This document shows positions 1 to 17,491 of a DNA stretch of 64,000 bases, piece after piece. This DNA is from the human T2T-CHM13v2.0 reference genome, Homo sapiens. The notes below the pieces were generated by a model. It made no database searches. It worked only from the letters and a program-made list of their open reading frames with translations, and was not told where the DNA came from. Position 1 is the first letter of the stretch. Every line of letters starts with the position of its first letter. The position numbers and the translations under genes are program-made. The DNA is taken from the NCBI RefSeq assembly GCF_009914755.1, contig NC_060933.1, one strand, 5' to 3'.

Positions 1-32
1 TAGTGACAGTTTCAGCTCTGAGCTGAGGTTTT

Positions 33-329
<297 letters not shown>

Positions 330-344
330 TGAGCTGACGTCTTA

Positions 345-627
345 TGACTCCTCCAACAGCTATGCCATCCATTCATAGGGACATGTCCTAAGTAGCTGTT
401 ACTCCTTTAGGTTAGCTTTTAGAATGAAAGATCAGTGGAGTAGACTTGAAACTTAACTGTGGCCTGGAACCAAGTCCAGCTAAACCCAATCAAGATCAAC
501 AATCCTAGCAAAGGCAAATTGATCTCCAGACTGATGACAATAAATAAATGTCTGTTGTTATATGCCACTGAGATGTTTGGAGTTGTTTGTTACTCAACAT
601 TAGTGCAGCAATAGCTGACCAATGCAC
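345..627 (+). mobile_element. MLT1-type MaLR LTR 3' part
   Basis: Typical MLT1 3' end aataaatg..tgttgtta..gccactgag..tttgg..gttgtttgttac..cagcaatagctgac.aat.ca; boundaries approximate. Confidence 0.65.
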
Positions 628-659
628 TCCATAACTAGTGAGTATGGAGGAAAGAGAGG

Positions 660-1066
660 AAGGTACCTGATGGAGCTTAGTGTGCAAGATGCTTATTAGA
701 GTTCCCTTGGGACCAATACCTGTGGATAGGAGATAAGGAAGCAGGATTGGGTGTGGGAAAAAGGTGAAACTAAAATGCCAGCCTGACAACAGCCTCAGCT
801 GACTTCCTGGGAGCTCTAGAGATAAAATGGGTCATAAGTAATGTTCCACATTTGGCCAAATGACCAGGCCTTTATACACTTGCCATTATCAGTCAGTGGG
901 TGAGAGCTCCCTCAGAAAGGGTGTGACTTTGGGTGAGGTGGCTTTTTGTGGCTGATGCAGTCTCTGAAGGAGCTGACAGCAGAACACTGACAACAGCACT
1001 CTCAGAAGCTGAGCAGCAAGTCTTTCCTTGAGAAGGACTGGGTAGCGCCTCATCCTGGCTACCACA
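660..1066 (-). mobile_element. ERVL-class LTR (LTR16-like)
   Basis: gtgtgcaagatgcttattagag..cccttggga..aatacctgtgg motif and terminal ..taccaca resemble the LTR16 family as recalled. Confidence 0.55.
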
Positions 1067-2397
1067 GCTCCCTCTCTGAGCTGCCACCTGGGGCACTTGC
1101 TATGGCAGAACAGTTCTGGATATTTCCTTCCCCCAGAGCAGTGACTGTACGCACACCTACGTATTAAAAATTGCTCCTTCTGGTGAATTTTCTTATGCAA
1201 ATGCAAAGCTGGCGAAATTTTTATTATTTCACAGTTTGGACCAAAATTCCTCATAGGAGGAAAATTGTCATGGAAAAAAATCTGATGAAAATCTGTTGGG
1301 TTAATGGCGAGACACTGAGAGCTAGGGTCAAGGGTATAGAGGAGATGGCTGAATTGCAGGGCATGAAAAAGGGAGAGAGAAGACGGCCATATAGGAACAA
1401 CTCTGGTCTGCAGCTCCTAGTGAGACTGATGCAGAAGACAGGTGATTTCTGCATTTCCAACTGAGGTACGTGGTTCATCTCTGACTGGCTAGACAGTGGG
1501 TGCAGCCCATGGAGGGTGAGCCAAAGCAGGGTGGGGCATCGCCTCAACCAGGAAGTGCAAGTGGTCAGGGGATTTCCCTTTCCTAGCCAAGGGAAGCCGT
1601 GACAGACTGTATCTGGAGAAATGGTACATTCCTGCCCAAATACTGCACTTTTCCCATAGTCTTTGCAACCAGCAGACGAGGGGATTCCCTCCTGTGCCTG
1701 GCTCAGTGGGTCCCACACCCACAGAGCCTTGCTCACTGCTAATGCAGCAGTCCGAGATCGACCTGCAAGGCCGTAGCCTGGCGGGGGAAGGTGATCTGCC
1801 ATTGCTGAGGCTTGAGTAGGTAAACAAAGCGGCCAGGAAGCTCAAACTGGGCGAAGCCCACCACAGCTCAGCAAGGCCTACTGGCTCTATAGACTCCACC
1901 TCAGTGGGCAGGGCATAGCTGAACAAAAGGCAGCAGGAATTTCTGCAGACTCAAACATCCCTGTCCGACAACTCTGAAGAGAGCAGTGGTTCTCCCAGCA
2001 TGGTGTTCGAGTTCTGAGAACAGACAGACTGCCTCCTCAAGTGGGTCCCTGACCCCCATGTAGCCTGACTGGGAAACATCTCCCAGTAGGGGCCAACAGA
2101 CACCTCATACAGGCGGGTGCCCCTCTGGGACAAAACTTCCAGAGGAAGGATCAGGCAGCCATATTTGCTGTTCTGCAATATTTGCTGCTCTGTAGCCTCC
2201 ACTGGTGATACCCAGGGAGACAGGGTCTGTAGTGGACCTCCAGCAAACTCCAACAGACCTGCAGCTGAGGGTCCTGACTGTTAGAAGGAAAACTAACAAA
2301 CAGGAATAGCATCAACATCAACAAAAAGGATGTCCACACCAAAACCCCATCTGTAGTTCACCAACATCAAAGACCAAAGGTAGATAAAACCACAAAG

Positions 2398-3419
2398 ATG
2401 GGAAGAAACCAGAGCAGAAAAGTGGAAAATTCCAAAAGCCAGAGAGCCTCTTCTCCTCCAAATGATTGCAGCTCCTTGCCAGCAATGGAACAAAACTGGA
2501 CAGAGAATGAATTTGACGAGTTGACAGAAGTAGGCTTCAGAAGGTCAGTAATAACAAACTTCTCCGAGCTAAAGGAGCATGTTTTAACCCATCGCAAGGA
2601 AGCTAAAAACCTTGAAAAAAGGATAGACAAATAGCTAACTAGAATCAACAGTGTAGAGAAGACCTTAAATGATCTGATGGAGCTGAAAACCACAGCATGA
2701 GAACTTTGTGATGCATGCACAAGCTTCAGTAGCCGATTTGGTCAAGTGGAAGAAAGGATACCAGTGATTGAAGATCAAATTAATGAAATAAAGCGAGCAG
2801 ACAAGATTAGAGAAAAAAGAGTGAAAAGAAACAAACAAAGCATCCAAGAATAATGGGACTAAGTGAAAAGACCAAATCTACGTTTGATTGGTGTACCTGA
2901 AAGTGATAGGGAGAATGGAACCAAGTTAGAAAACACTCTTCAGGATATTATCTAGGAGAACTTCCCCAACCTAGCAAGGCAGGCCAACATTCAAATTTAG
3001 GAAATACAGAGAACACCACAAAGATACTCCTTGAGAAGAGCAACCCCAAGACACATAATTGTCAGATTCACCAAGGTTGAAATGAAGGAAAAAATGTTAA
3101 GGGCAGCCAGAGAGAAAGGTCGAGTTACCCACAAAGGGAAGCCCATCAGACTCACAGTGGGTCTCTCAGCAGAAACCCTACAAGCCAGAAGGGAGTGGGG
3201 GCCAATATTCAACATTCTTAAAGAATTTTCAACCCAGAATTTCATATCCAGCCAAACTAAGCTTCATAAGTGAAGGAGAAATAAAGTCCTTTACAGACAA
3301 GCAAATGCTGAGAGATTCTGTCATCAACAAGCGTGTCTCACAAGAGCTCCTGAAGGAAGCACTTAAATATGGAAAGGAACAACTGGTACTAGCTGCTGCA
3401 AAAACATGACAAATTTTAA
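2398..3419 (+). pseudogene. L1 ORF1p remnant (L1-A)
   Basis: MGRNQSRK.. start at 2398, TAG at 2632-2634, further stops and frameshifts; RRATPRHIIVRFTKVEMKEK motif. Confidence 0.93.
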
Positions 3420-3482
3420 AGACCTTCAATGCTATGAAGAAACTGCATCAATTAATGGGCAAAATAACCAGCTAACATCATA

Positions 3483-7298
<3,816 letters not shown>

Positions 7299-7729
7299 AC
7301 TATGAGAACACATGGACACAGGGCGGGGAACATAACACACTGGGGCCTGTCAAGGGGTGGGGGACTGAGGGAGGGATAGTATTAGGAGAAGTACCTAATG
7401 TAGATGATGAGTTGATGGGTGCAGCAAACCAACATGGCACATGTATACCTATGTAACAAACCTGCATGTTGTGCATATGTACTCTAGAACTTAAAGTATA
7501 ATAAAAAAAGAAAAAGGGAGAGAAATTTGTTTTTAGGTCTTGAGGAAGAGGGAGCAGATAGGAGAGTCCAGAGAGAGGAGCCAAACAGGTGGCAGAAAAT
7601 GGGCACTTCTTGAGATGAAGGGACAATGAGATGATCTTCATGGCTGACCTCAGATGTCCACAAAAAAATTGTCTCCATGGTGACTTGAATTCCCATTGCT
7701 TGATGCAAACTGTATGCCACTTTTTGGAA

Positions 7730-8370
7730 AATAATATTTCAACATAGCAAATGAATAAAGTGTAGAGAAGAGCATTAAATATACATGTACCTGCACAACC
7801 CGGAATTAACAACTATCAACATCTAATTCTATATTATTCTGAACTTTTAATCATTTTAATATATACCTTTTTAGAGAGCTAGTGAGAACCCCTCTGTTCT
7901 CTTTCCTGAATTCATTCTCTTCTCTCCCCAGAGGTAACCACTGAGATGGACTTGATCTGTATTCTCCCTATCCAGAGTTTTATACTTTTATGACAAATGT
8001 ATGATTTCATAAACCATCTATAGTGGTGTTCTATGTGTTTTACCATTTACAGAAATACCATTGTGCTGTATGTATTGTTCTGAAAATGGTTTTTTCCTTT
8101 CAATTTTATGTTTTTAAGATATAGCCATATTCATATATATCTATATATTTCATTCATTTTACCTCCTGTATAGTATTCTACTGCACAGTTAAACGTCTGT
8201 TTATCTGGTACTTTAAAAATAAATAATTATGTTGTTTTAATTTTTTTTTCTCTTGCAACCAATTCTGCAGTGGATGTCCTTGAAGAGCTTCTCTAGGGCA
8301 GATACCTTGAAGTGAAATTGCTGGGTTCATGGGACATTATTTCTTCAATATTTTTGCTAACAAGATTCAA
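7730..8370 (-). mobile_element. Old L1M (L1ME-like) 3' fragments
   Basis: ccccagaggtaaccact, tttacagaaata, gaagtgaaattgctggg motifs of antisense L1M; boundaries approximate. Confidence 0.6.
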
Positions 8371-8610
8371 ATGGCAATTTCCTAGCTTAAACCTTTTGAG
8401 TGCCACCTTACTGGGCCTTCCATTACATTTCTCTGCAGAGCTTCTTACACAGTTAATGACTAAGAATAGTCACCTAATAAATGTCTGTTAAGTGAATGAA
8501 TTACAGATGGAAAAACTAAGGCCTCGACAGGTAAAGTGACTATCATAGTCATATAAGTAGTGGCAAAGATATCTCTAGAATGCACATTTACTGATTTCCT
8601 GGCTGCCCTA

Positions 8611-9019
<409 letters not shown>

Positions 9020-9100
9020 TCATCAGATAACCAGTTGCCCTCTGATTAAGCATTTGTTTCCACAACACATTTTAGGAGGTCAAGAATTATGAAAATTTCT

Positions 9101-9391
9101 GGCCAAGCGCCTTCACTCATGCCTGTAATCCTAGCACTTTGGGAGGCCGAGGCAGGCCTCCTGAAGTGAGGAGTTCAGGACCAGCCTGACTAACATGGCA
9201 AAACTCCATCTCTACTAAAAATACAAAAATTAGCCAGGCATGGTGGTGTGTGCCTGTAATCCCAGCTACTCAGGAGGCTGAGGCAGGAGAATGACTTAAA
9301 CCCAGGAGGTGGAGGTTACAGTGAGCAGAGATCATGTCACTGCACTCGAGCCTGGGTGACAGAGCAAGACTCCATCTCAAAAAAAAAAAAA
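9101..9391 (+). mobile_element. AluS
   Basis: Dimer with A tail; TSD aagaattatgaaaatttc 9082-9099 / aagaactgtgaaaatttc 9392-9409. Confidence 0.95.
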
Positions 9392-9529
9392 AAGAACTGT
9401 GAAAATTTCAGATTAAGCAATAAGAATGAGAGAACAAATAAACTTCCTCAGGACAGACTTTTCTGAGGCCTATTTGGGCCAATATTCATCTCCCATCTGA
9501 GTGTATATTTATATATTTTTAATTTTCAA

Positions 9530-11165
9530 ATGCAAACCTGGGATTAAACAATAAGTAAATGAATAATAAATAGTGGTAGCTAGGCATCTCACGTAGAGGA
9601 GGCTAGAATAAACCATATGGTATTGAATTAGAGTTGAAGACATCAGCATGAACTCACATTTAGCTTAGTGTAACATACAGATGGATAAATATAGAAGTAA
9701 CTATAGATATGTGTGTATACACAAGTTAGGACACACATATGTATTTTCAAGCTCTGTTCACTTGAAGGGCCTAGAAATAACACCCCAATAGCAACAAGCA
9801 CATCTACTAGCCAGGTCTTGGTTTCTAATACCATTTTCCAATAACCAGGGCTCCTTGTAGAAATTACTGATTCTAGGGCTGGGGCAGAGAATATACAAGA
9901 TAAGCCTGAAGCATCTTGCAGTGCCAGAAAGTAAGGAAGTACCAACAACAACAACAAAATGATGGGGGTATGTCAAAGGAACGTAGAAGCCGACTGAAAG
10001 AACTCCCAATAGCCAAGGTTGGAACAATTTGTGCAACAAAATAAATAAGGTAGTGTTGGATTATTACACAATCCAACCCAGACTATAAAATAAATACCCA
10101 GGAGTCCATACTCATCAAAATAAATGTTTGAATGAATGAATAAACAAATAAGGAGAATAATTAAATCTCTCGTACAGAAGAATTCCCAATAATTTATGTA
10201 GATACTGCCCTTTCAAGAAAGGATAGCTTAATTCTCCATCCCTTTACTATAGGCTGCACAGAGTGACATCCTTCCAAAAGGTGAAGAAAAAAGAGGCAAA
10301 AAAGAGTAACTTTTCAGTAGAGACACCTGACAGACACTACTTCAGCCATACGAACAACTTTCATATCATGAGTGATAAGCCATGTTGATAGTATGAACCC
10401 TTGATATGATGTGATAAGAATGCTACATTACCTCTGTGGTCTTCCTCTCCCAAACCCTAACCTCATTTTAGCCATGAGAAAAACATCAGACAAACGACAA
10501 AATAGACATCCTACATCATCTGTCACCAGAACTTCTCAAGACTGTCAAAGTCATCAAAAATAAGGAAAGTTGGAAAAACTGTCTGTCTTGGAAACCCTGA
10601 GAAAATATAACAAGTAAATGTAATGTGGTATCCTTGGTGGGATCCTAAGACAAAGAACATGAAATAAAAACTAAGGAAATGTGAATAAAATATGGACTTC
10701 ATTCAGTACGTAGCATCCTAATGTAAGACGTTAACAATAAGAGAAACTAGATACGGAGTACATGAAAATTATCTATTATTTTTCAATTTTTCTGTACATT
10801 TAAACAATTCTTTTTTATTTTTGAAGTTAAATTTTTTTTTATTATACTTTAAGTTCTGGGGTACATGTGCAGAATGTGCAGTTTTGTTACATAGGTATAC
10901 ACGTGCTATGGTGGTTTGCTGTACCATCAACCTGTCACCTACATTAGGTATTTCTCCTAATGCTATCCCTCCCCTAGCCCCCATCCTGCAACAGGCCCAG
11001 GTGTGTGATGTTCCCCTCCCTGTGTCCATGTGTTCTCATTGTTCAACTCCCACTTATGAGTGAGAACATGCGGTGTTTAATTTTCTGTTCTTGTGTTAGC
11101 TGAGAATGATGGTTTCCAGCTTCATCCATCTAAAACTATTCTAAAACAAAAAGTTCATTTTTTAA
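9530..11165 (+). mobile_element. L1MC/L1MD-type 3'UTR, interrupted near its end by an L1PA fragment
   Basis: gattctagggctggggcag..agcatcttg.agtgccagaaagtaaggaagt.. and terminal tttctgta..taaaactattctaaaa.aaaagtt. Confidence 0.75.
10812..11128 (-). mobile_element. 5'-truncated L1PA7/8-like 3' end
   Basis: Poly-T then attatactttaagttctgggg.tacatgtgcag; degenerate TSD catttaaacaattct / catctaaaactattct. Confidence 0.9.
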
Positions 11166-12289
11166 AAAGCTAGGACTTAGGAAAGGAGGTGATTTGCTTT
11201 TGTTTTCCATTTGTTTTTATATTATTTTGCCCTTTACTAGGTAGAAAAAGGTTATTTGTCATCTACTTCTAGTTTATAAGATTGGTCACTGCAGTAGAAG
11301 AGTTCCTGTGTACAGCAGATGGAGTATTTACAGGTCCCCTGGATACAATGCTACGTTTTCTCTTGTCGTGTTGTTTCTCTGGCTCTTTGGCATTCAGTTG
11401 CCTTTGACCAGTGAATTGGCTGCCTTCCTGGATATGGCAGATTGCTAACTCTCCCAGGCCAATTCACAGCCTGAAGATTTCCGTAGCTAAATGGAGGAGA
11501 AATGCTGATGGTATCCTTGCCAGCCCCTGTTTTCAATCCATTGATATGTCCAAAGTATTAAAGTGACAGGGCCTCATTAGAGGAGTCTCTCATTAGCATT
11601 TAAAAATAGTCTCCCACAGACACTTTTGGGTGTGTTTCCTTCTCACAGTGATTTCCACTTCTCTGAATATATCTGCTGTTTTCCACTCAGAGGCCTAAAG
11701 GTGGGCATGTATGTCATTTTCATAGCATGTGACCCAGTCTCCCTGGCCATCACTGCTTGGTGGATTGTTGTTAGATTCTGTACATACAGAGCCAGTCAGA
11801 GGCTTTCCTGATCATTTGCAATAGGGGCTGAAATTTCCATTTCAGGACTGAAATGGCCTCTTGAGTTGGGGAGATGAAAATTATTGGGAGCTGTGGCACA
11901 ATTATCTTTAGCCATGTTGGTTTTCTGATGCTTGTAACCAAAAGTATTCTCATCGATTTTTTTTAGAGTAAATCTCTTTCCAGCGAGCATAGAAGAGGGT
12001 GAGCAAGGAAGATAATATACTATTATATAATGATGCACCAAGTCTCATACTAGTCGATTTGTACTTATTATCCTGAGAATATTTGTGTCTTCTAAAATAA
12101 AAATTGGCCCAATGATATCATCATGGAATCTATGTCCTCTAAGAGAACTTTGATATGGCTTCAAGACTTAAATATCAGTGTGTCCATCAAATATATTGAT
12201 AGAGTATAAGTTCCACTGTTCTCATTCTAAACCATTTCTGGAATTCTTATTGTCATGGATGTATATTGCTTTGGTTCCCCAGTGTTTGT

Positions 12290-12480
12290 TCATCAATCTT
12301 CTGGTGCCCAGATTGCTGATTTTCCTTGGGGAAACAATTCTCTCTTGATTTAGTCATGCTTACAGATAAGCTAACCCTAGCCTTTTTCAGTTACATAAGC
12401 CAAAAAAATTCCTTTTGTTGAAGCCAATTTGAGCTAGGTAGGCTTGTGCCACTTGCAATTGAAAGAGTCATGTTTAATGT
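12290..12480 (+). mobile_element. MLT1-type LTR fragment
   Basis: agttacataagccaa..aattcc..aagccaatttgag..cacttgcaa..gaaagagtc 3'-end motif. Confidence 0.5.
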
Positions 12481-12595
12481 ACATACTCAAAGCACATATT
12501 GATGTTATCAATGGGCTCACTTATTTCCTCTGTAAACTCTTTGACTCAGACAGACCAACTCAACCCTTCCCCACCAAAACCAGTCCCCACCTCCC

Positions 12596-12596
<1 letters not shown>

Positions 12597-12666
<70 letters not shown>
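12597..12666. repeat. Compound microsatellite (TG)17(TA)18
   Basis: Read directly. Confidence 0.98.
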
Positions 12667-12671
<5 letters not shown>

Positions 12672-13313
12672 CTTCCAGCAAGGCATTGCTTTAGAAGCAC
12701 TCATCACTTAAGAGACAATATGGCTGGTCATTTTTTAGGCTTAGTTTACAAAAGGTGTTTCGAGTGTTTGGTTAAAAAATCCTCCTTCTCAATTTCTACA
12801 TCTCTCTTTCCTCAGAGCAGAAAATACTGTCAAAGACATGTTTGGGCATGAATCTTGGCATGTGATCAAAATGATAACCCACATTTTCAAAGCAAATATA
12901 GTTTATGGCATACTTTCCTATGTGTTATTTCATTTAGTTCTTAACAAGTAAAGGAGGTGTTGTCTTCATTGCCATGATGAAAAATGAGATTCAAAGAAAA
13001 GACTAGCTCATATATATATAATAATAGCTGAGAGTTACACAGGAGAATGTTTCCAATGTGCCAAACACCTTTTGTATTTTAACTAAATGTTGGACATATT
13101 ATATTATACTTGCATTTTATAGATGTAGAAACTAAGAAAAATTGGTCAAAGAAGATGCCTGAGGTCATATCACAGGCATGGGCTATTTCATATTTGCTAA
13201 TCAGCAAAACCAAAGCTTGAATTCTTCTGACCCAAGTCAAATGACTTTTGTAGAGTATTATCAAATATAGTAATGTGGCAAAGCATGACTAAATCCAGAG
13301 AGCATAGTCCCCG

Positions 13314-14699
13314 ACATGCTCCCTTCATGCTGCCCTAGCAGAGGTTCTCCATTAAGGGCTCTGCCCCTGCAGCAGAGCCCCTGCTTGGACATCAAGGCAT
13401 TTCCATACATGCTCTGAAATCTAGGCAGAGGCCCCTAAGCCTCAACTCTTGCCCTCTGCCCAAGGGCTTAACACCACATGGAAGCCACCAAGGCTTGGGG
13501 CTTGCACCCTCTGAAGCCATAGCTTGAGCTATACCTTGGACCCGATGCACAAAACCATTCATCCCTCCTAGGCCTCCAGGCCTGTAATGGGAGGAGCTGC
13601 CACAAAGGTCTCTGAAATGCCTTGGAGGCATTTTCCCCATTGTCGTGGCTATTAACATTCAGCTCCTCTTTACTTATGCAAATTTCTGCAGCTGGCTTGA
13701 ATTCCTCCCCAGAAAATGGATTTTTCTTTTCTACCACATAGTCAGGCTGCAAATTTTCCAAACTTCTATGCTCTGCTTCCCTTTTAAATATAAGTTCCAG
13801 TTTCAGATAATCTCTTTGAACACACATGAGCTTACATGTTAGAAGGAGCCAGGCCACATCTTGAATGCTTTGCTACTTAGAAATTTCATCTGCCAGATAC
13901 CCTAAATCATCTCAAGTTCAAAGTTCCAGAGATCTCTAGAGCAGGGGCACAATGCAGCCAGTTTGCTAACGCATAGTAAAGAGTGACCTTCACTCCAGTT
14001 CCTAATAAGTTCCTCATCTCCATCTGAGACCTCCTCAGCCTGGACTTCACTGTCCATATCACTATCAGCATTTTGGTCATGTGAAAGGAGAATAAATCTT
14101 GGGACCCCAAAATCACTAAGCTAAAGGCAAAAGTCAAGCTGGGAACTGCTTAGGGCAAACCTGCCTCCCATTCTATTTAAAGTCATCTCTCTGATCACTG
14201 AGATAAATGCATATCTGATTGCTTCCTTTGGAAAGGCTAATCAGAAACTCAAAACAATGCAACTGTTTGTCTCTTGTCTACCTATGTCCTGGAACCCCCC
14301 TCCCAACTTCGAGTTGTCCTGCCTTTCTGGCCCAAACCAGCGTACATCTTACATATATTGATTAATGTCTCATGTCTCCCTAAAATGTATACAACCAAGC
14401 TGTGCTCTGACAACCTTGGACACATGTCATCAGGACCTCCTGAGGCTGCGTCACAGGAGCGTCCTTAACTTGGGCAAAATAAACCTTCTAAATTGACTGG
14501 GACCCATGTCAGATATTTTGGGTTAATAGTCACAAACATACAACAAGTCTCTAGGAAGTTCCAAACTTTCTCTTATCTTCCTGTCTTCTTCTGAGCCCTC
14601 CAAACTGTTCCAACCTCTGCTCATTACCCAGTTCCAAAGCTGCTTCCAGATTTTCAAGTATCTTTATAGCAATGCCCCACTCTCCTTGTACCAATTTTC
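13314..14699 (-). mobile_element. MST/THE1-type MaLR internal sequence (partial), interrupted by a MER4A-like LTR
   Basis: ctagcagaggttctcca, cttggaggcattttccccattgt, gtaccaattttc joined directly to the LTR at 14700. Confidence 0.88.
14080..14528 (+). mobile_element. MER4A/MER4A1-like ERV1 solo LTR
   Basis: tgtgaaagga.aataaatcttgggaccccaaaatcactaagc start, AATAAA near the end, 4-bp TSD gtca (14076-14079 / 14529-14532). Confidence 0.88.
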
Positions 14700-15069
14700 T
14701 GTATTAGTTCATTCTTACATTGCTATAAAGAACTACCTGAGACTTAGTAATCTATAAAGAAAAGAGGTTAAATTTACTCACAGTTCTGAGAGCTGTACAG
14801 GCTTCCACTTTTGGGGAGGCCCCACGAAACTTACAACCATGGCAGAAGGCAAAAAGGAAGCAGGCACATCTTCACATGGCCAGCAGTCGGGGCTGGGAGA
14901 GGAAGTTCTACACACTTTCAAAGAACCAGATCTTGTGAGAACTCACTATCATGAGAACAGCAAGGGGGAAATTTGCTCCCATGATCCAACCCACCATGTT
15001 CCTCCCCCAACATTGGGGTTTACAATTTGACATGAGATTTGGGTGGGAACACAGAGCCAAACCATATCA
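14700..15069 (-). mobile_element. MSTA-like MaLR LTR (5' LTR of a truncated provirus)
   Basis: tgtattag..tgctataaagaactacctgagac ... gagccaaaccatatca termini. Confidence 0.9.
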
Positions 15070-15198
15070 GGTTGCCTTTGTGGAAATAATATTTTACAAA
15101 TAACATGACCTATGCATAGATAATTTTAAAATGGTATATTTCAAAGAGTAAAAATATATCCTTAAAAGGCTACTTGAACTAGAAGGGAGGGTAAAAGA

Positions 15199-15272
15199 TG
15201 TGTGTGTGTGTGTGTGTGCACGCATGCATCTGTGTGTGCATGCATGTGTGTGTGTGTATGCATGTGTGTGTA
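15199..15272. repeat. Imperfect (TG)n/(TGCA) microsatellite
   Basis: Read directly. Confidence 0.9.
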
Positions 15273-15964
15273 TAAAACTGCGCAGCTTTAAATTTTACTG
15301 GGCAGTAAGTGGCCTTAAGGCATAGATCTGGGCTTTTACTGATTTTTAAAATTGGATTATAAATAATGCCTGATGGTTAAACATCTTGACTTATAGTATC
15401 AACATTTCTAAAGATTTATTTGTTGTCTTCAGTCAAGCTTTTTATTATTTTTTGCTATATTTCTCATTTTTCCAATTATAAAATGAAGATGATACTGATT
15501 TTTGCACGCTAATACAAGAAAATGAATGTGTCATAAAAATCGATGTGGAAGTCTTACATAGGAATTCCATCATCCCAGAAAGAAAAGACTTGATGGCCTC
15601 TTGCTAACTTGATAGCCTCTTAGGTTACATGGTATTTTCCAACTCCTGCCCCAAATAGTAGAGGTCAAGGTGTAGGAAGACCCAATATCTAGGGATAAGC
15701 CCAGCATCAAGCGAGACAGAGAGAAAGGTCAGTTCAGTGAGTTGGGCAGAGAAGTGAAAGCAAGGTAGCAAACAAAAGAATATGATATGGGACATCAGAA
15801 TTGAGCAAGCAAATTTTGAATGGAAGCTGCATGGAAGGAGGAGAGGCTTCTTTGAGCTGTGGGGCCCATAGGGACTTTTCTTAGAAAGAGCGAAAGCTGG
15901 CACAGAGTGTGGATTATGACATTGTTCTCTAGCAGAATTTTGCTTGAGTAAAAACAAGTAAATC

Positions 15965-16600
15965 TTTGTTTCCCATTTCCAAAAACATTTTATTTTGAAA
16001 TTTTTCAAACACTCAGAACAGTAGGGGGAAGAAAATGATAACCCCCATGTATCATCACCTCGCTTCAACAATTGTCACAATTCTGCCATTCTTCTTTCAT
16101 TTATCTTGTGCATACTTATTCATCTATTATTCTTGCTGGGGTATTTTAAAGCTCACCGCAGACATCAGGCATTTCATAGTCTTCATCATGCATCTTTAGC
16201 TGGTACTTTATGAAGTATCTCTAATTAATAAGTAAGTTGAAGAATTAACTATGATATTTAATGTTATGTTACACTAAGTTTATATTAAAATTCCATGATA
16301 ATCTCAAAGGCATTGGTTCAGATCCAAACAAGAATCACATGTTGATTTTGGTAGTTTTGTTGCTGAAATTTCTTTTATTCTATAGTTTATTCTTGCCCAG
16401 CTTTCCTTTTCCCATGTCCTGGGTTTGTTGGAGAAGCTGAGTCATCTGCCCTGTAGAGCAACGTCCCATATTCCGGATAATGTCATTTAACTTGTTCCTC
16501 TATCTCTCTTATTTCCCCTAAACTAGAACGTAGATTTACATTCTGATTGAATTCAGATTAATTTTTAAGGCAAGAATATATCTTAGGAGGTGTTCTAAAT
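15965..16600 (-). mobile_element. Old L1M (L1MC/ME-like) fragments
   Basis: ttttattttgaaatttttcaaacac.cagaa.agta motif; boundaries approximate. Confidence 0.55.
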
Positions 16601-17059
16601 AAAATTTTTATAATCCATGGGCTAAATCTGATCTATAGACATGGTTTTACTTGGCCCACCCAGTCTTTTATGTCTTATTTGACCCATAGAGTTGAAAAAA
16701 AAAGAAAATATTAAGTAGTCTATGAATCAATCTGGGTTTTGGTGGGAAACAGATGACACTCTCAAACAAGCTTTTCCTAAAGGTTTGAACAGAGTTAAGA
16801 GAAGACAACAAAGTATGGCAAAAACACTTTGGTGCTTGTAACTGCCAAGAGCAGTCACAACCTCCATGTCTGGAAGGGCTTTGGACAGAAGCCTTTGGTA
16901 GAGGAGACAGTCATGGCCAGCCCAGTCCAATCCAATGCCTTGCAGAGAGCGTCCTGCTTCAGTGTCCTCTACCCTTGCATGACCCATGACTGATGACTCC
17001 CACAGGAGAAGCCCAACAGGAAGCCAGGAGGCAAAGAAGTCCATTGATGCCATCCCTAA

Positions 17060-17491
<432 letters not shown>

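Noticed and set aside
11411-11467. 10-bp inverted repeat gtgaattggc/gccaattcac
   Set aside because: Within chance expectation for this arm length and spacing.
12444-12851. 135-aa ORF with CVCV/YIYI runs (and 40901-41203, 54862-55147)
   Set aside because: Frames are open largely because they cross microsatellites.
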